A stretch of 64,000 nucleotides of DNA from Trueperaceae bacterium (lineage in GTDB: Bacteria; Deinococcota; Deinococci; Deinococcales; Trueperaceae). The translations under genes and the position numbers were made by a program. The DNA is taken from NCBI GenBank assembly GCA_965215565.1, contig CBDCDZ010000004.1:832001-896000 (forward strand). The letters run 5' to 3'. Positions within the stretch are counted from its first letter, which is position 1. Each line of letters opens with the position of its first letter. Positions 10,813 through 19,979 of this stretch are shown here, piece after piece. The notes under the pieces were generated by a model. It had not been told where the DNA came from. It did no database searches and was given only the letters and a program-made list of their open reading frames with translations.

Positions 10813-10990
10813 CAGGTATCATCTGGTTTGAGTGTACGTAAGTTTTGCGAAGCAACACTCTCACTACGCAAAGCGGTGTTGCTAGGCAGCAAACTTGCGT
10901 AACTAGCACGTACATTCGGAGATGAAATCCCGCTAGTCCTTACGGACAGAGATCTGCGCTCATCCGTCTCAGTATGTCTTGGAACTGCTA
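10810..10990 (+). repeat. MITE-like repeat family A, copy 1
   Basis: TAGCAGGTATCATCTGG...GGAACTGCTA; homologous to 46469-46600, 58151-58281 and 62494-62628. Confidence 0.75.
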
Positions 10991-11100
10991 AGAGACACCG
11001 CACGCACGGTCATGACTTCATCAGGAAAGAAGTGAAGACCCACCACGCGCTTTGTGACAAGCGTGTGAACTATCTCTCTTCTATCCCGTTACACTGAGCT

Positions 11101-11622
11101 ATGAACTTCTTTTTGCGAAGCGTTGTCCTGTTCATTCTCATCGTGTGGGGACATGCGCTTTCTCAGAGCGCATATAGTGTAGGCGAGGTCTCCTACGGCA
11201 CCTATTTCAACGGTCGTTACGGTTTCGCGGTGGCGGTGCCGCTCAACTACCTCCAGCCTCAAAGTAGGGTGCTGGACGGGAACGGTCAGGTCTTCGCGTC
11301 CCCCGACATTGAGATGCGGGTGTTCGGGAGCACCTTGCTGCTCGAGTACGATCTCACCGAGGCGTATGAGGTGCTCTCGCAAGATGCCCCAGATAGACAA
11401 GTCACCTACAAGGTGCAGCGTGACGGTTGGTTCGTCGTGTCGGGCTTCGCTGGCGAAGCGGCGAACACGGTGTTCTACACCAAGGTGATGGAACACCCCG
11501 AGAGCGGCGCATACCTGAGCCTCACCCTCCGCTACGCCCGCGACCTCAAGCCCATCTTCGATCCGATCACCGAAGAGGTGGTGCGCTCGTTTCGGGTGCT
11601 AGGGGGCGTCGGTGGCGGCTAG
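11101..11622 (+). CDS. Secreted hypothetical protein
   Basis: Signal-like N-terminus; YFNGRYGFAVAVP and WFVVSG. Confidence 0.7.
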   Translation: MNFFLRSVVLFILIVWGHALSQSAYSVGEVSYGTYFNGRYGFAVAVPLNYLQPQSRVLDGNGQVFASPDIEMRVFGSTLLLEYDLTEAYEVLSQDAPDRQVTYKVQRDGWFVVSGFAGEAANTVFYTKVMEHPESGAYLSLTLRYARDLKPIFDPITEEVVRSFRVLGGVGGG

Positions 11623-12659
11623 CTCGGAACGGGCTCGGCTGATATAGGCTGGGCGTCCAAAACGCTCTCAGGAACCTCTTTCATTGCACTCAACAAAGCT
11701 TGGGCGTCCGCGCCCTTCTTGTGCGCGTTCTCGCTGATAAAACGCCGCCAAGAGCGCGCTCCGGGTTGATGCGCGAAGAGCCCCAGCATATGCCGCGTGA
11801 TGCGGCTCAAGTAAACCCCTTCTTCTAACTGCGCTTCAACATAAGGAAGCATCCCCATCACGACCTCTCGCCGCGTCTTAGGTTCTACCTCTTCCCCGAA
11901 CACGCCCTTGTCGACTGTGGCGAAGAGGTAGGGCGTTTCGTAGGCGGCGCGTCCGACCATCACAGCGTCCACCTTATCCAGTTGGGACTGGATAGCGTCC
12001 AACGTCTTAAACCCACCGTTGATTTCAATCAAGAGGTGCGGAAACTCCCGCTTTAAGCGGTGCACCTCTTCGTAGCGCAGGGGCGGCACGGTGCGGTTCT
12101 CTTTCGGGCTCAAGCCTTGCAGCCAGGCTTTGCGGGCGTGCACGGTGAAACGCGCGGGGGCCGCCTCTGACACAACCCGCACGAAGTTCGCCATGTCCTC
12201 ATAGCGGTCGAGTTCGTCTACGCCGATGCGGTGCTTGACCGTGACGGGCAACGAGGTCACGTCGCGCATCGCCGTTACGCACTCGGCCACAAGTTCGGGC
12301 TGCACCATCAAACACGCGCCAAAGTTACCGCTCTGCACGCGCGCCGACGGGCAACCCACGTTGAGGTTGACCTCACTGTAGCCCCAAGTTTCGGCAATGT
12401 GGGCGCACTCGGTAAGGGCAGCAGGGTCGTCACCGCCGAGTTGCAACGCTAAGGGCAACTCTTCGGGTGAAAAGTCCAAGTGACGCGCCTTGTCGCCGTG
12501 AATAATCGCGCCCGTCGTGACCATCTCGGTGTAGAGGAGGGTCCGCCGGGTGAGTTGGCGCATAAAGACGCGGTAGTGGCGGTCGGTCCAGTCCATCATG
12601 GGGGCGATGCTCAGGGGATAGGGGCTTAGAGGATAGGAATTGACGGAATCGCGCTGCAT
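11619..12659 (-). CDS. dusA: tRNA dihydrouridine synthase DusA
   Basis: APMMDWTDRH, NLNVGCPS, VHARKAWLQGLSPKENR. Confidence 0.95.
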   Translation of the reverse strand: MQRDSVNSYPLSPYPLSIAPMMDWTDRHYRVFMRQLTRRTLLYTEMVTTGAIIHGDKARHLDFSPEELPLALQLGGDDPAALTECAHIAETWGYSEVNLNVGCPSARVQSGNFGACLMVQPELVAECVTAMRDVTSLPVTVKHRIGVDELDRYEDMANFVRVVSEAAPARFTVHARKAWLQGLSPKENRTVPPLRYEEVHRLKREFPHLLIEINGGFKTLDAIQSQLDKVDAVMVGRAAYETPYLFATVDKGVFGEEVEPKTRREVVMGMLPYVEAQLEEGVYLSRITRHMLGLFAHQPGARSWRRFISENAHKKGADAQALLSAMKEVPESVLDAQPISAEPVPS

Positions 12660-12705
12660 TCTTTAAGTTTACCTTTGGGTTGGAGGTTGAGGCGTAAGAG
12701 GTGAA

Positions 12706-12766
12706 CAGCAATGAGTAATGAGCGAGCCCTTTAGACTCATGGCTCGTTGCTCGTTGCTCGTTGCTG
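12706..12766. repeat. Inverted heptamer (AGCAAYG) hairpin repeat
   Basis: Tandem GCAATGA-like units facing TCGTTGC units; related to 19909-19975 and 39571-39604. Confidence 0.65.
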
Positions 12767-13054
12767 CCTTACTCGCCACACCCTCATCCCCCCCGCCACG
12801 TTATAAACCTCTTCAAACCCTGCCGCCTCGAGGTAAAGCCCCGCTAGTTCCGACACCTGACCTCTTTCGCAGATGAGGTAAACGGGTTTGTCTTTTGGTA
12901 CGTCGGGCAAGTCGCCCGCTTGAACCTCTTCTAAGCTCAGAACTTCCGTCCCCGGTAATCCGTCGCGCTGATGCTGCACTTCGGTCCGCACGTCGAAGGC
13001 GGTGGCACCTCTTGCCAGCACCTCCAAAAACGCTTCAATATCAATAGGGCGCAC
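12737..13054 (-). CDS. Rhodanese-like protein
   Basis: DVRT, YLICERGQVS, NVAGGMRVW; start placed at GTG 13054. Confidence 0.85.
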   Translation of the reverse strand: MRPIDIEAFLEVLARGATAFDVRTEVQHQRDGLPGTEVLSLEEVQAGDLPDVPKDKPVYLICERGQVSELAGLYLEAAGFEEVYNVAGGMRVWRVRQQRATSNEP

Positions 13055-13056
13055 CG

Positions 13057-13332
13057 TTAGGCTTCGCTGTCTTCTTTCTCGAGCGGAATGAGCGGCCACA
13101 AGATGAGGTAGCCGAGCAGGGTGATGAAGCCGCTGAGCGGCAAGCTGAGCGCGAAGAGGATGCGCAGGGTGCGCGGGTTCGCGTCTACGTATTCGGCGAT
13201 GCCGCCCATGATGCCTGCGACGACGCTGTCATCTCGAGACCGAGTCAAGCGTCCCGGCTTATTCGGACGCCGGGCGCGGCGCTGATCGTGCAAGAGGGTG
13301 TCTCGCCTCGTTTCTATGTTAGGTTCGTCCAT
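13057..13332 (-). CDS. PspC-domain protein
   Basis: LTRSRDDSVVAGIMGGIAEY...YLILWPLIP. Confidence 0.85.
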   Translation of the reverse strand: MDEPNIETRRDTLLHDQRRARRPNKPGRLTRSRDDSVVAGIMGGIAEYVDANPRTLRILFALSLPLSGFITLLGYLILWPLIPLEKEDSEA

Positions 13333-13334
13333 CT

Positions 13335-13682
13335 CTACTTTATACCCTCTGTAAACGGAATTTTAGGTTTCTGCGAAGGGTTGCGCAAGGCGGCGTGAAC
13401 TCGCGCCTCTAGCTCGCGCACGTCCACGCCGAGATATTCATCCGGGACGAGCGCGAGGTGAGCGAGCGCCTTGGCGTAGTTGCGCCGCCCCCCTCTCGCG
13501 CTCCCCATCGCTCTGGCTTTGTGCAGCGCCGCCGCTAAGAGGATAACGCCGCCGTAAAACTCTCTATCCAGCCCGCCAGCCTCCAACCAGATAGGCTCTA
13601 AAGCCTCGTGGCACTCCCAGTATTCGCCCGCTCCAAAGAGGTCCACACCGCTCGCCCAAAGGCTAGCTAGTCCGCCGTTCAC
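13335..13682 (-). CDS. DUF309 family protein
   Basis: GEYWECHEALEPIW. Confidence 0.85.
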   Translation of the reverse strand: MNGGLASLWASGVDLFGAGEYWECHEALEPIWLEAGGLDREFYGGVILLAAALHKARAMGSARGGRRNYAKALAHLALVPDEYLGVDVRELEARVHAALRNPSQKPKIPFTEGIK

Positions 13683-13772
13683 CTCTTCAGTATAGCTCGG
13701 AGTGCGCTTTATGCTCGCTCTACCACAATGTCTCGCTCGTTTCCCGGTGTATTAAGGTGAACTTAGAGAGCG

Positions 13773-13802
13773 TTGACAAGGTTTCGGTATCTCGATTAAA
13801 CT
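13773..13802 (+). promoter_or_regulatory. Sigma70-type promoter for the sugar ABC operon
   Basis: TTGACA (13773-13778), 18 nt, TAAACT (13797-13802). Confidence 0.55.
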
Positions 13803-13973
13803 TCTCTTAACAGCCAAATTAGACGGTGCAGCTCGAGTGTAGTTCGGCCCAACCGTGTTTCGGCCTAGTTGTGGGCTTTGTTGCCCTACCTTTTGAAGGT
13901 TTTAGAAGGAGGGCTCGAGCCTTAGCTATGCCCCGCAGAAAACCTGTCGGGGAAAAAGAAGAGGAGACACGTT

Positions 13974-15260
13974 ATGAAAACCATTGCAACCTCTCTACTC
14001 ACCCTCTTGCTCGCGGGAACTCTGTCAGCGAGTTTCGCGCAGAATGACTTAGAGGGCGACATCACCGTGATGGCGTGGGACGTCGCCGCCGAAGCGCTAG
14101 ACAACCTCGTGCCCGGCTTCAACGAGGAGTACCCCAATGTAACGGTCAACGTCGAGGACTTGGGCAATCAGCAGGTCTACGACAGGGGCTTGGCAGGCTG
14201 CGCTGCAGGCGGACAGGACATGCCCGACGTGTACGCCGTCGAGAATAACGAAGCCGAGGTCTTCTGGAACCGCTTCCCGACCTGCTTCACCGACCTCAGC
14301 ACGATGGGCGCAAGCGAGTTGCGCTCGGACTACCCCGACTTCAAATGGACCGAACTCACCATGGGCGAGCAGATTTTCGCCGTTCCCTGGGACTCGGGTC
14401 CCGTCGTGACCTTCTACCGCCGCGACCTCTACGAGCAAGCGGGCATCAACCCAGACGAGATCGAAACCTGGGACGACTTTATTGCCGCCGGGCAAACTCT
14501 AGGCGAGGCGACGGGCGCGAAGATGCTCTGGTTCGACTTCTCCGACGACGGCGTCTGGCGGCAGCTCGCCAATCAGAACGGCTGCTTCTACTTCGACGAC
14601 GCGGGCGAGGCGGTAACGGCGAATCAGCCCGGCTGCGTGGACGCGATGGAGACCATGAAGCAGCTCTACGACTCGGACGTTGTCTCCATCGTGGGCTGGG
14701 ACGGCGCGATTCAGGCGATCAAGAACGATTCGCTGGCGGGCGCGGTCTTCGGCGCGTGGTACGTTGGCACGATTCAGTCCGAAGCGCCCGAGCAAGAGGG
14801 CAACTGGGGCGTTTATCCGATGCCTGCGAGCGAGCCCGGCGGCGTGCGCGCGGCGAACTTGGGCGGCTCCGCGTTAGCCATTCCCGCCTCCACGGAGAAC
14901 CCCGAAGCGGCGATGGCGTTTTTAGAGTACGCGCTCGCCACGACGAACGGTCAGGTGACGATGTTGGAGGACTACGGCTTGGTCCCCTCCTACTTGCCCG
15001 CTTTAGACGCACCTTACGTGGGCGAAGAGATCGCGTACTGGGGCGGTCAGCCGATTTGGGAGGACATCTTAGCGACACTCGGTGAGATTCCGCAAGCTCG
15101 CGGCACGCAGTACTTCGAAGAGGCGCGGCAGATCGTCACGAACACCTTATCGCAGTACCTCTCGGAGGACGCTTACCCCGACGCGCAAGCCGCGATGGAC
15201 GCCGCGGCGCAACAGATTTCGGCAGCCGTCGGTCTGCCTGTTGCGGAGCAGTCGGAGTAG
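13974..15260 (+). CDS. Carbohydrate ABC transporter substrate-binding protein
   Basis: Signal peptide; PWDSGP, YRRDL, GGSALAIP. Confidence 0.92.
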   Translation: MKTIATSLLTLLLAGTLSASFAQNDLEGDITVMAWDVAAEALDNLVPGFNEEYPNVTVNVEDLGNQQVYDRGLAGCAAGGQDMPDVYAVENNEAEVFWNRFPTCFTDLSTMGASELRSDYPDFKWTELTMGEQIFAVPWDSGPVVTFYRRDLYEQAGINPDEIETWDDFIAAGQTLGEATGAKMLWFDFSDDGVWRQLANQNGCFYFDDAGEAVTANQPGCVDAMETMKQLYDSDVVSIVGWDGAIQAIKNDSLAGAVFGAWYVGTIQSEAPEQEGNWGVYPMPASEPGGVRAANLGGSALAIPASTENPEAAMAFLEYALATTNGQVTMLEDYGLVPSYLPALDAPYVGEEIAYWGGQPIWEDILATLGEIPQARGTQYFEEARQIVTNTLSQYLSEDAYPDAQAAMDAAAQQISAAVGLPVAEQSE

Positions 15261-15302
15261 TGACATGGAAGGGAAAGAGCGAATTTTCCCTTCTCTTTAT
15301 TA

Positions 15303-15332
15303 AGGACTCGAGCCTTGCGCGGCTCGAGTCCT
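15303..15332 (+). terminator. Stem-loop after the SBP gene (terminator or mRNA stabiliser)
   Basis: AGGACTCGAGCC-6nt-GGCTCGAGTCCT. Confidence 0.55.
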
Positions 15333-15596
15333 CCTTGTTTGTCCTGTCTTGACGCTTTTCAGCTTTTGATACCGATTCTGCCAGCGAATGTCGCAGTTTA
15401 GAGCTTCTGAGTTTACCCGCGCTTCGTGTTGGCAAGCCGAACATAGAGCGACTTTTCGAATGTCGCACTTTGACACTCGAAAAGCGAACTGGTACAACTG
15501 CACCACTAAACGGGTTGCAATGGCGCGTACGCTTGAATTTGACGACGCAAAACGTGCACGGATGGGTCCAAAAACACAGATTTATACGGAGTTTCC

Positions 15597-16454
15597 ATGC
15601 GACGAAGCAAACTCATTCCCTATACCTTTTTACTCCCCTATCTCCTTATCTTCATCCTCTTCTGGGCTTGGCCTATTCTAAACTCGTTCTACCTCTCTTT
15701 TTTGGACACACGCAGCTTCCCCAACACCTTCGAGCCGGGCGTGAACTGGGGGCGGCTCGTGAGTGACCCCTTCTTCTGGGAAGCCTTTTGGAACACCTGC
15801 CTTATCCTGTTCGTCCAGGTGCCCGTTATGCTCGTGCTCGCCACGGTGCTCGCGGTGGCGCTCAACTCGCCGCTTTTAAGGCTGCGCGGCTTCTTCCGCT
15901 TCGCCTTCTTTGCGCCTGTAGTCGTCGGCTCGGTGGCGTACTCCGCCGTGTTTCGGCTGCTCTTTAACGATCAGAATGGCGCGGTCAATGCGGCGCTAGG
16001 CGGGCTCGGGCTGCCCACCCTCGACTGGCTCAACACGCCCGGACCGGCGCTCTTTCTCATCATGCTGACCGTGACTTGGCGCTGGACGGGCTACAACGCC
16101 ATCATTATTTTAGCGGGGCTACAAAACGTCCCGCTGGAACTCTACGAAGCGGCAAAAATTGACGGCGCGAACGGCTGGCAGCAGTTCTGGGGCATCACCG
16201 TGCCGATCTTGCGCCCGATCATCCTCTTCGCCTTTGTCCTGTCGGTCATCGGCACGATGCAGCTCTTTACCGAGCCCTTCCTCATCACGCAGGGCGGTCC
16301 CGGCAACGCGACGCTGACCCTGGGCGTCTACCTCTACCAGCAGGGCTTTCGCTCCTTTAACTTCGGGTACGCCTCCGCCATCGGCTACACGATTGCGCTC
16401 TTAGCTATTTTCTTCTCCGTCATCCAACTCCGGTTCTTCGGGAGAGAGTCGTGA
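15597..16454 (+). CDS. Carbohydrate ABC permease
   Basis: EAAKIDGA motif, multiple TM segments. Confidence 0.93.
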   Translation: MRRSKLIPYTFLLPYLLIFILFWAWPILNSFYLSFLDTRSFPNTFEPGVNWGRLVSDPFFWEAFWNTCLILFVQVPVMLVLATVLAVALNSPLLRLRGFFRFAFFAPVVVGSVAYSAVFRLLFNDQNGAVNAALGGLGLPTLDWLNTPGPALFLIMLTVTWRWTGYNAIIILAGLQNVPLELYEAAKIDGANGWQQFWGITVPILRPIILFAFVLSVIGTMQLFTEPFLITQGGPGNATLTLGVYLYQQGFRSFNFGYASAIGYTIALLAIFFSVIQLRFFGRES

Positions 16455-17281
16455 AGCGGGCGCAGCGCGTGAGCAGCTTCTGGCTCCACCTCTTTATCGT
16501 CCCATTGGCGCTCCTCTGGCTCGCACCGCTCTGGTTGATGGTGGTTTTCTCGACGGTCGAAGAGCCCCGTATTTTCAGCACGCCTGTGCCGCTTTTGCCG
16601 GGCGGCAACTTTCTAGCCAACTTTCAAGACCTCCAGGCGGACACGAACTTCGTGCGGACGCTCCTCAATAGCGTGGTGATTTCGGGGCTCTACACGCTGC
16701 TCTCGCTCCTCTTAACCAGCATGGGCGGCTACGCCTTTGCCCGCTACCGCTTCTTCGGGCGGAGTGCCCTCTTTACCCTCGTCATCGCTACGTTGACCAT
16801 CCCCTACTTCGTCGTGGTCATCCCGCAGTACATTTTGGTAGCGCGGGAGTTCTCGCTCACGAACTCTTATATCGGCGTGGTCTTGCCGCTTCTGGCGAAC
16901 TCGCTGGGCATCTTCTTCATGCGGCAGAACTTCATGGGCTTGCCGCAGAGCCTTTTAGACGCGGCCCGGGTAGACGGCGCGGGCGAGTACCGCATCTTCT
17001 TCCAGATCGCGTTGCCGCTGGTGCGCTCCGCGTTAGCCGCGCTAGGCATCATCCTCTTCTTGACCGCCTGGAACGACTATTTGTGGCCGCTCCTCGTCCT
17101 GACCGAAAAAGAGATGTACACCGCGCCCGTCGCGCTCGGCACGCTTTTAGGGCTCACGCGGGTCTCGTGGGGCGGCATCATGGTGGGAGCCGTCTTGATG
17201 ACCCTGCCCTTTTTGATCTTGTTCCTCTTCTTACAGCGCTACTTCGTCGCGGGCATCACGGCGGGGGCGGTGAAGGATTAG
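16451..17281 (+). CDS. Carbohydrate ABC permease
   Basis: DAARVDGA motif; C-terminal GITAGAVK. Confidence 0.93.
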   Translation: MKRAQRVSSFWLHLFIVPLALLWLAPLWLMVVFSTVEEPRIFSTPVPLLPGGNFLANFQDLQADTNFVRTLLNSVVISGLYTLLSLLLTSMGGYAFARYRFFGRSALFTLVIATLTIPYFVVVIPQYILVAREFSLTNSYIGVVLPLLANSLGIFFMRQNFMGLPQSLLDAARVDGAGEYRIFFQIALPLVRSALAALGIILFLTAWNDYLWPLLVLTEKEMYTAPVALGTLLGLTRVSWGGIMVGAVLMTLPFLILFLFLQRYFVAGITAGAVKD

Positions 17282-17285
17282 GGGC

Positions 17286-17362
17286 TAGAATACAGAATTC
17301 AGAGCACAGAAGGCAGAATATGCTGTTCTTCTGTATTCTTTATCCTCCATTCTGTATTCTAC
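17286..17362. repeat. Inverted heptamer (CAGAAT-type) repeat
   Basis: TAGAATACAGAATTCAGAGCACAGAAGGCAGAAT facing TTCTGTATTCT...ATTCTGTATTCTA. Confidence 0.55.
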
Positions 17363-17367
17363 CCTTC

Positions 17368-17803
17368 ATGTCCCTCTCCCTCCGCTCTGCCACACCCGAT
17401 GACCTGGGGCGCTTAGCCGTCCTCAACAAGCGGCTCATCGAGGACGAGAAGAGCGCCAATCCAATGAGCTTAGAAGCAGCTTCGTGAGCGGATGTGGGGC
17501 TGGCTCGAGGCGGACTACCACGCTGTTCTCTTCGAGCAGACGGATGAGGTCGTCGGTTACGCGCTCTACCGGTTCGAAGATGAAACTTCTGGAGAACGAC
17601 GCGCCGTTTATGTGCGGCAATTTTTCGTTGAACGAGCGCGCAGAGGACAAGGTCTGGGGCGACGAGCCTTTGAAGCGCTTAGACGAGACTTTTTCGGAGA
17701 GGCGCATGTGAGGCTCGAGGTCCTCACCGCCAATCTAGGTGGCTTAGCTTTTTGGCAGAAGTTAGGCTTTGAACCCCGCTCAGTAACGATGGCGTTAAGG
17801 TAA
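17368..17803 (+). pseudogene. GNAT acetyltransferase with a +1 frameshift near 17475
   Basis: MSLSLRSATPDDL... in one frame continues as ERMWGWL...RRGQGLGR in the next. Confidence 0.7.
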
Positions 17804-17994
17804 CGTTGCTTTGCCCTCTCGACAAAGGCGGAGCGCAGTAGCTCCACTGATCCTGATCTTTAAGTATAGGCGTCAATACTGAAAGTGCGTGCTAGACGTT
17901 ATGTGTCCGAGATCAACATAAGCGGACGGCGAAACGGGCATAGTGGTACTTAGGTGATATTTTCTATAAAGCTCGAAGCTAGGGGGCTCATATC

Positions 17995-18840
17995 GTGTTT
18001 GGACGCTTAGGACGAAAAGGGCGCGTGCTCGCCGCATTGTGGTTGGGCGTCGGGCTCTACGCCGCTTTTGTCACTATAGGTGCATATATCAGCGAACACT
18101 CCGACGTTGACGTTCTAGGCTTTTCGGCGGACGAGACTTATCCGAGTGTGGAGGAGATAGTCACCCAGAACCGCACGCAGCTCATGATGGTGAGCGCCGA
18201 GCCACCCGCCAAACCTCTTTTGCCTGACCTCGTCGCCTATCCCCCTAGCGACTTGGGCTTAGTTGGCTCACGCGCGGACGGCACCTTGCGCTTAAAATTC
18301 ACCACGCGCTTTAGCAACCAGGGCGAGGGACCCTTAGAGGTCCGCCCGGAGAGCGAGAACAGCGCCAAACTCTTGCAAGTCGTCTACAGCGCTGACCCCG
18401 ACGCGCCCCTCAGCGAACACGCCGAGGTCGGGCACTACACCTTTGAGCAGCGTCACGGGCACCTTCACATCGACACCTTTGCATACTATGAGGTGTGGTC
18501 AGTGGACGCTCAAGGCGAGCTAGAAGAACCGCTCGTCTCCAACCCCAAAGTGGGTTTTTGCCTCATCGACGCCGAAATCGCTGACCCGGCGATGACCTCT
18601 AAAGAGATGCAGGTCTATTGGGGCTGCCGCAGCGAGGTGCAGGGGCTCTCACCAGGCTGGGGCGACGTGTATACCGCACAGCTCGCCATGCAGGATTTGA
18701 ATGTTAGCGGTCTACCCGACGGACGCTACGCGCTAGTCAACGTCATCAACGCGCAGGAGAACTTAGTCGAGAGCGACTACACGAACAACCGCGCGTGGGT
18801 TTATCTGAGGATTGCGGGTGGGGTGCTTAGGCTCGAGTAA
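17995..18840 (+). CDS. Lysyl oxidase-like protein with an N-terminal membrane anchor
   Basis: PDLV, NQGEGPLE, HGHLH, KVGFCLID, QGLSPGWGDVY, LPDGRY, ESDYTNN. Confidence 0.85.
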   Translation: MFGRLGRKGRVLAALWLGVGLYAAFVTIGAYISEHSDVDVLGFSADETYPSVEEIVTQNRTQLMMVSAEPPAKPLLPDLVAYPPSDLGLVGSRADGTLRLKFTTRFSNQGEGPLEVRPESENSAKLLQVVYSADPDAPLSEHAEVGHYTFEQRHGHLHIDTFAYYEVWSVDAQGELEEPLVSNPKVGFCLIDAEIADPAMTSKEMQVYWGCRSEVQGLSPGWGDVYTAQLAMQDLNVSGLPDGRYALVNVINAQENLVESDYTNNRAWVYLRIAGGVLRLE

Positions 18841-18842
18841 CC

Positions 18843-19865
18843 TCACTTTGCACCACAAGATTCACGAACGATCAGTTCCGCGTTACTGATATGAATGTTT
18901 CGCTCGTCGGGCGCGTCACCACGAACGAGCTGAATCAAGACTTCACCCGCCCGCCGTCCTTGTTCCCTAGGATGGGTACGTACGGTGGTGAGCGGCGGCA
19001 CCGCGTACGCCGCCGTCGGAATATCGTCATAGCCAACAATCGCAATATCTTGAGGGATGCGCAAGCCACGCTCATGAATTGCTGCGATTGCCCCTAACGC
19101 AACTGTGTCATTGCCGGCAAAAAGTGCCGTGAAAGGCGGCGCGTCATTTAGCAGCGACACCATCGCCTCATACCCGCTTTGAGCGCTCAGCCCGCCGTAG
19201 CGCACGAGCGCGTCGTCCACTGGCAAGTCAGCGTCTTTAAGCGTCTGCCGGTAAACATTTAACCTGTCGAGTGACCCGTGATATGAAGTAGGCGCATAGG
19301 TGATATGCGCGACGCGCTCGTGACCTAAACCGATAAGATGACCCACAGCGTCTTTCATACGCGAAGACTGCGTTATCGTGTACGCCCCCGGATGCTCGAC
19401 GTCGTCTACAAAAACCAGTGGAAAGCCTGAGCCGATGAGTTCGCTCTGCACGCTCACATCCTCTAAGCGCGGATTGAGCACGATCAAACCGTCGATTTGT
19501 CTCGCGGCGATAAGTGAGAGGTAGGCGTCCCCACTACTCGCCCGCATCCCTTCAACGATGACGCGAAACCCGCGCTCGTTACAAGTGGCAGTCAACCCGT
19601 AGAGAAGTTGCGGGATAAAAGCGTCCACCTCTAGATGGTGCGGGTCAGGCAAAAGCAGCCCGAGCGTGCGCGTCAGCCCGCTCGCTAAGGTGCGGGCCGC
19701 CGAGTTGGGGACGTAGCCGAGTTCACGGGCCGCTTTAATCACCCGCGCCCGCGTCTCTACGGGAATCGTCTCGACTAAAGGCGCATCGTTTAAGACAAAT
19801 GAAACCGTCGTACGCGACACACCTGCGCGGGCGGCGACTTGTTGACTGGTGATGCGTTTTTTCAT
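18843..19865 (-). CDS. LacI-family transcriptional regulator
   Basis: VAARAGVSRTTVSFVLN HTH; GYDD, PPLTTV. Confidence 0.95.
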   Translation of the reverse strand: MKKRITSQQVAARAGVSRTTVSFVLNDAPLVETIPVETRARVIKAARELGYVPNSAARTLASGLTRTLGLLLPDPHHLEVDAFIPQLLYGLTATCNERGFRVIVEGMRASSGDAYLSLIAARQIDGLIVLNPRLEDVSVQSELIGSGFPLVFVDDVEHPGAYTITQSSRMKDAVGHLIGLGHERVAHITYAPTSYHGSLDRLNVYRQTLKDADLPVDDALVRYGGLSAQSGYEAMVSLLNDAPPFTALFAGNDTVALGAIAAIHERGLRIPQDIAIVGYDDIPTAAYAVPPLTTVRTHPREQGRRAGEVLIQLVRGDAPDERNIHISNAELIVRESCGAK

Positions 19866-19908
19866 AAAGTGAGCCGAAAGTAATCAGTCATGAGGTAGGA
19901 AAGTCGAA

Positions 19909-19975
19909 AGCAATGAGCAACGAGCAATGAGTGAAAATCTTTAGGCTCATTGCTCGTTGCTCGTAACTCATTGCT
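19909..19975. repeat. Inverted heptamer (AGCAAYG) hairpin repeat
   Basis: AGCAATGAGCAACGAGCAATGAG-TGAAAATCTTTAGG-CTCATTGCTCGTTGCTC. Confidence 0.75.
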
Positions 19976-19979
19976 GCTC

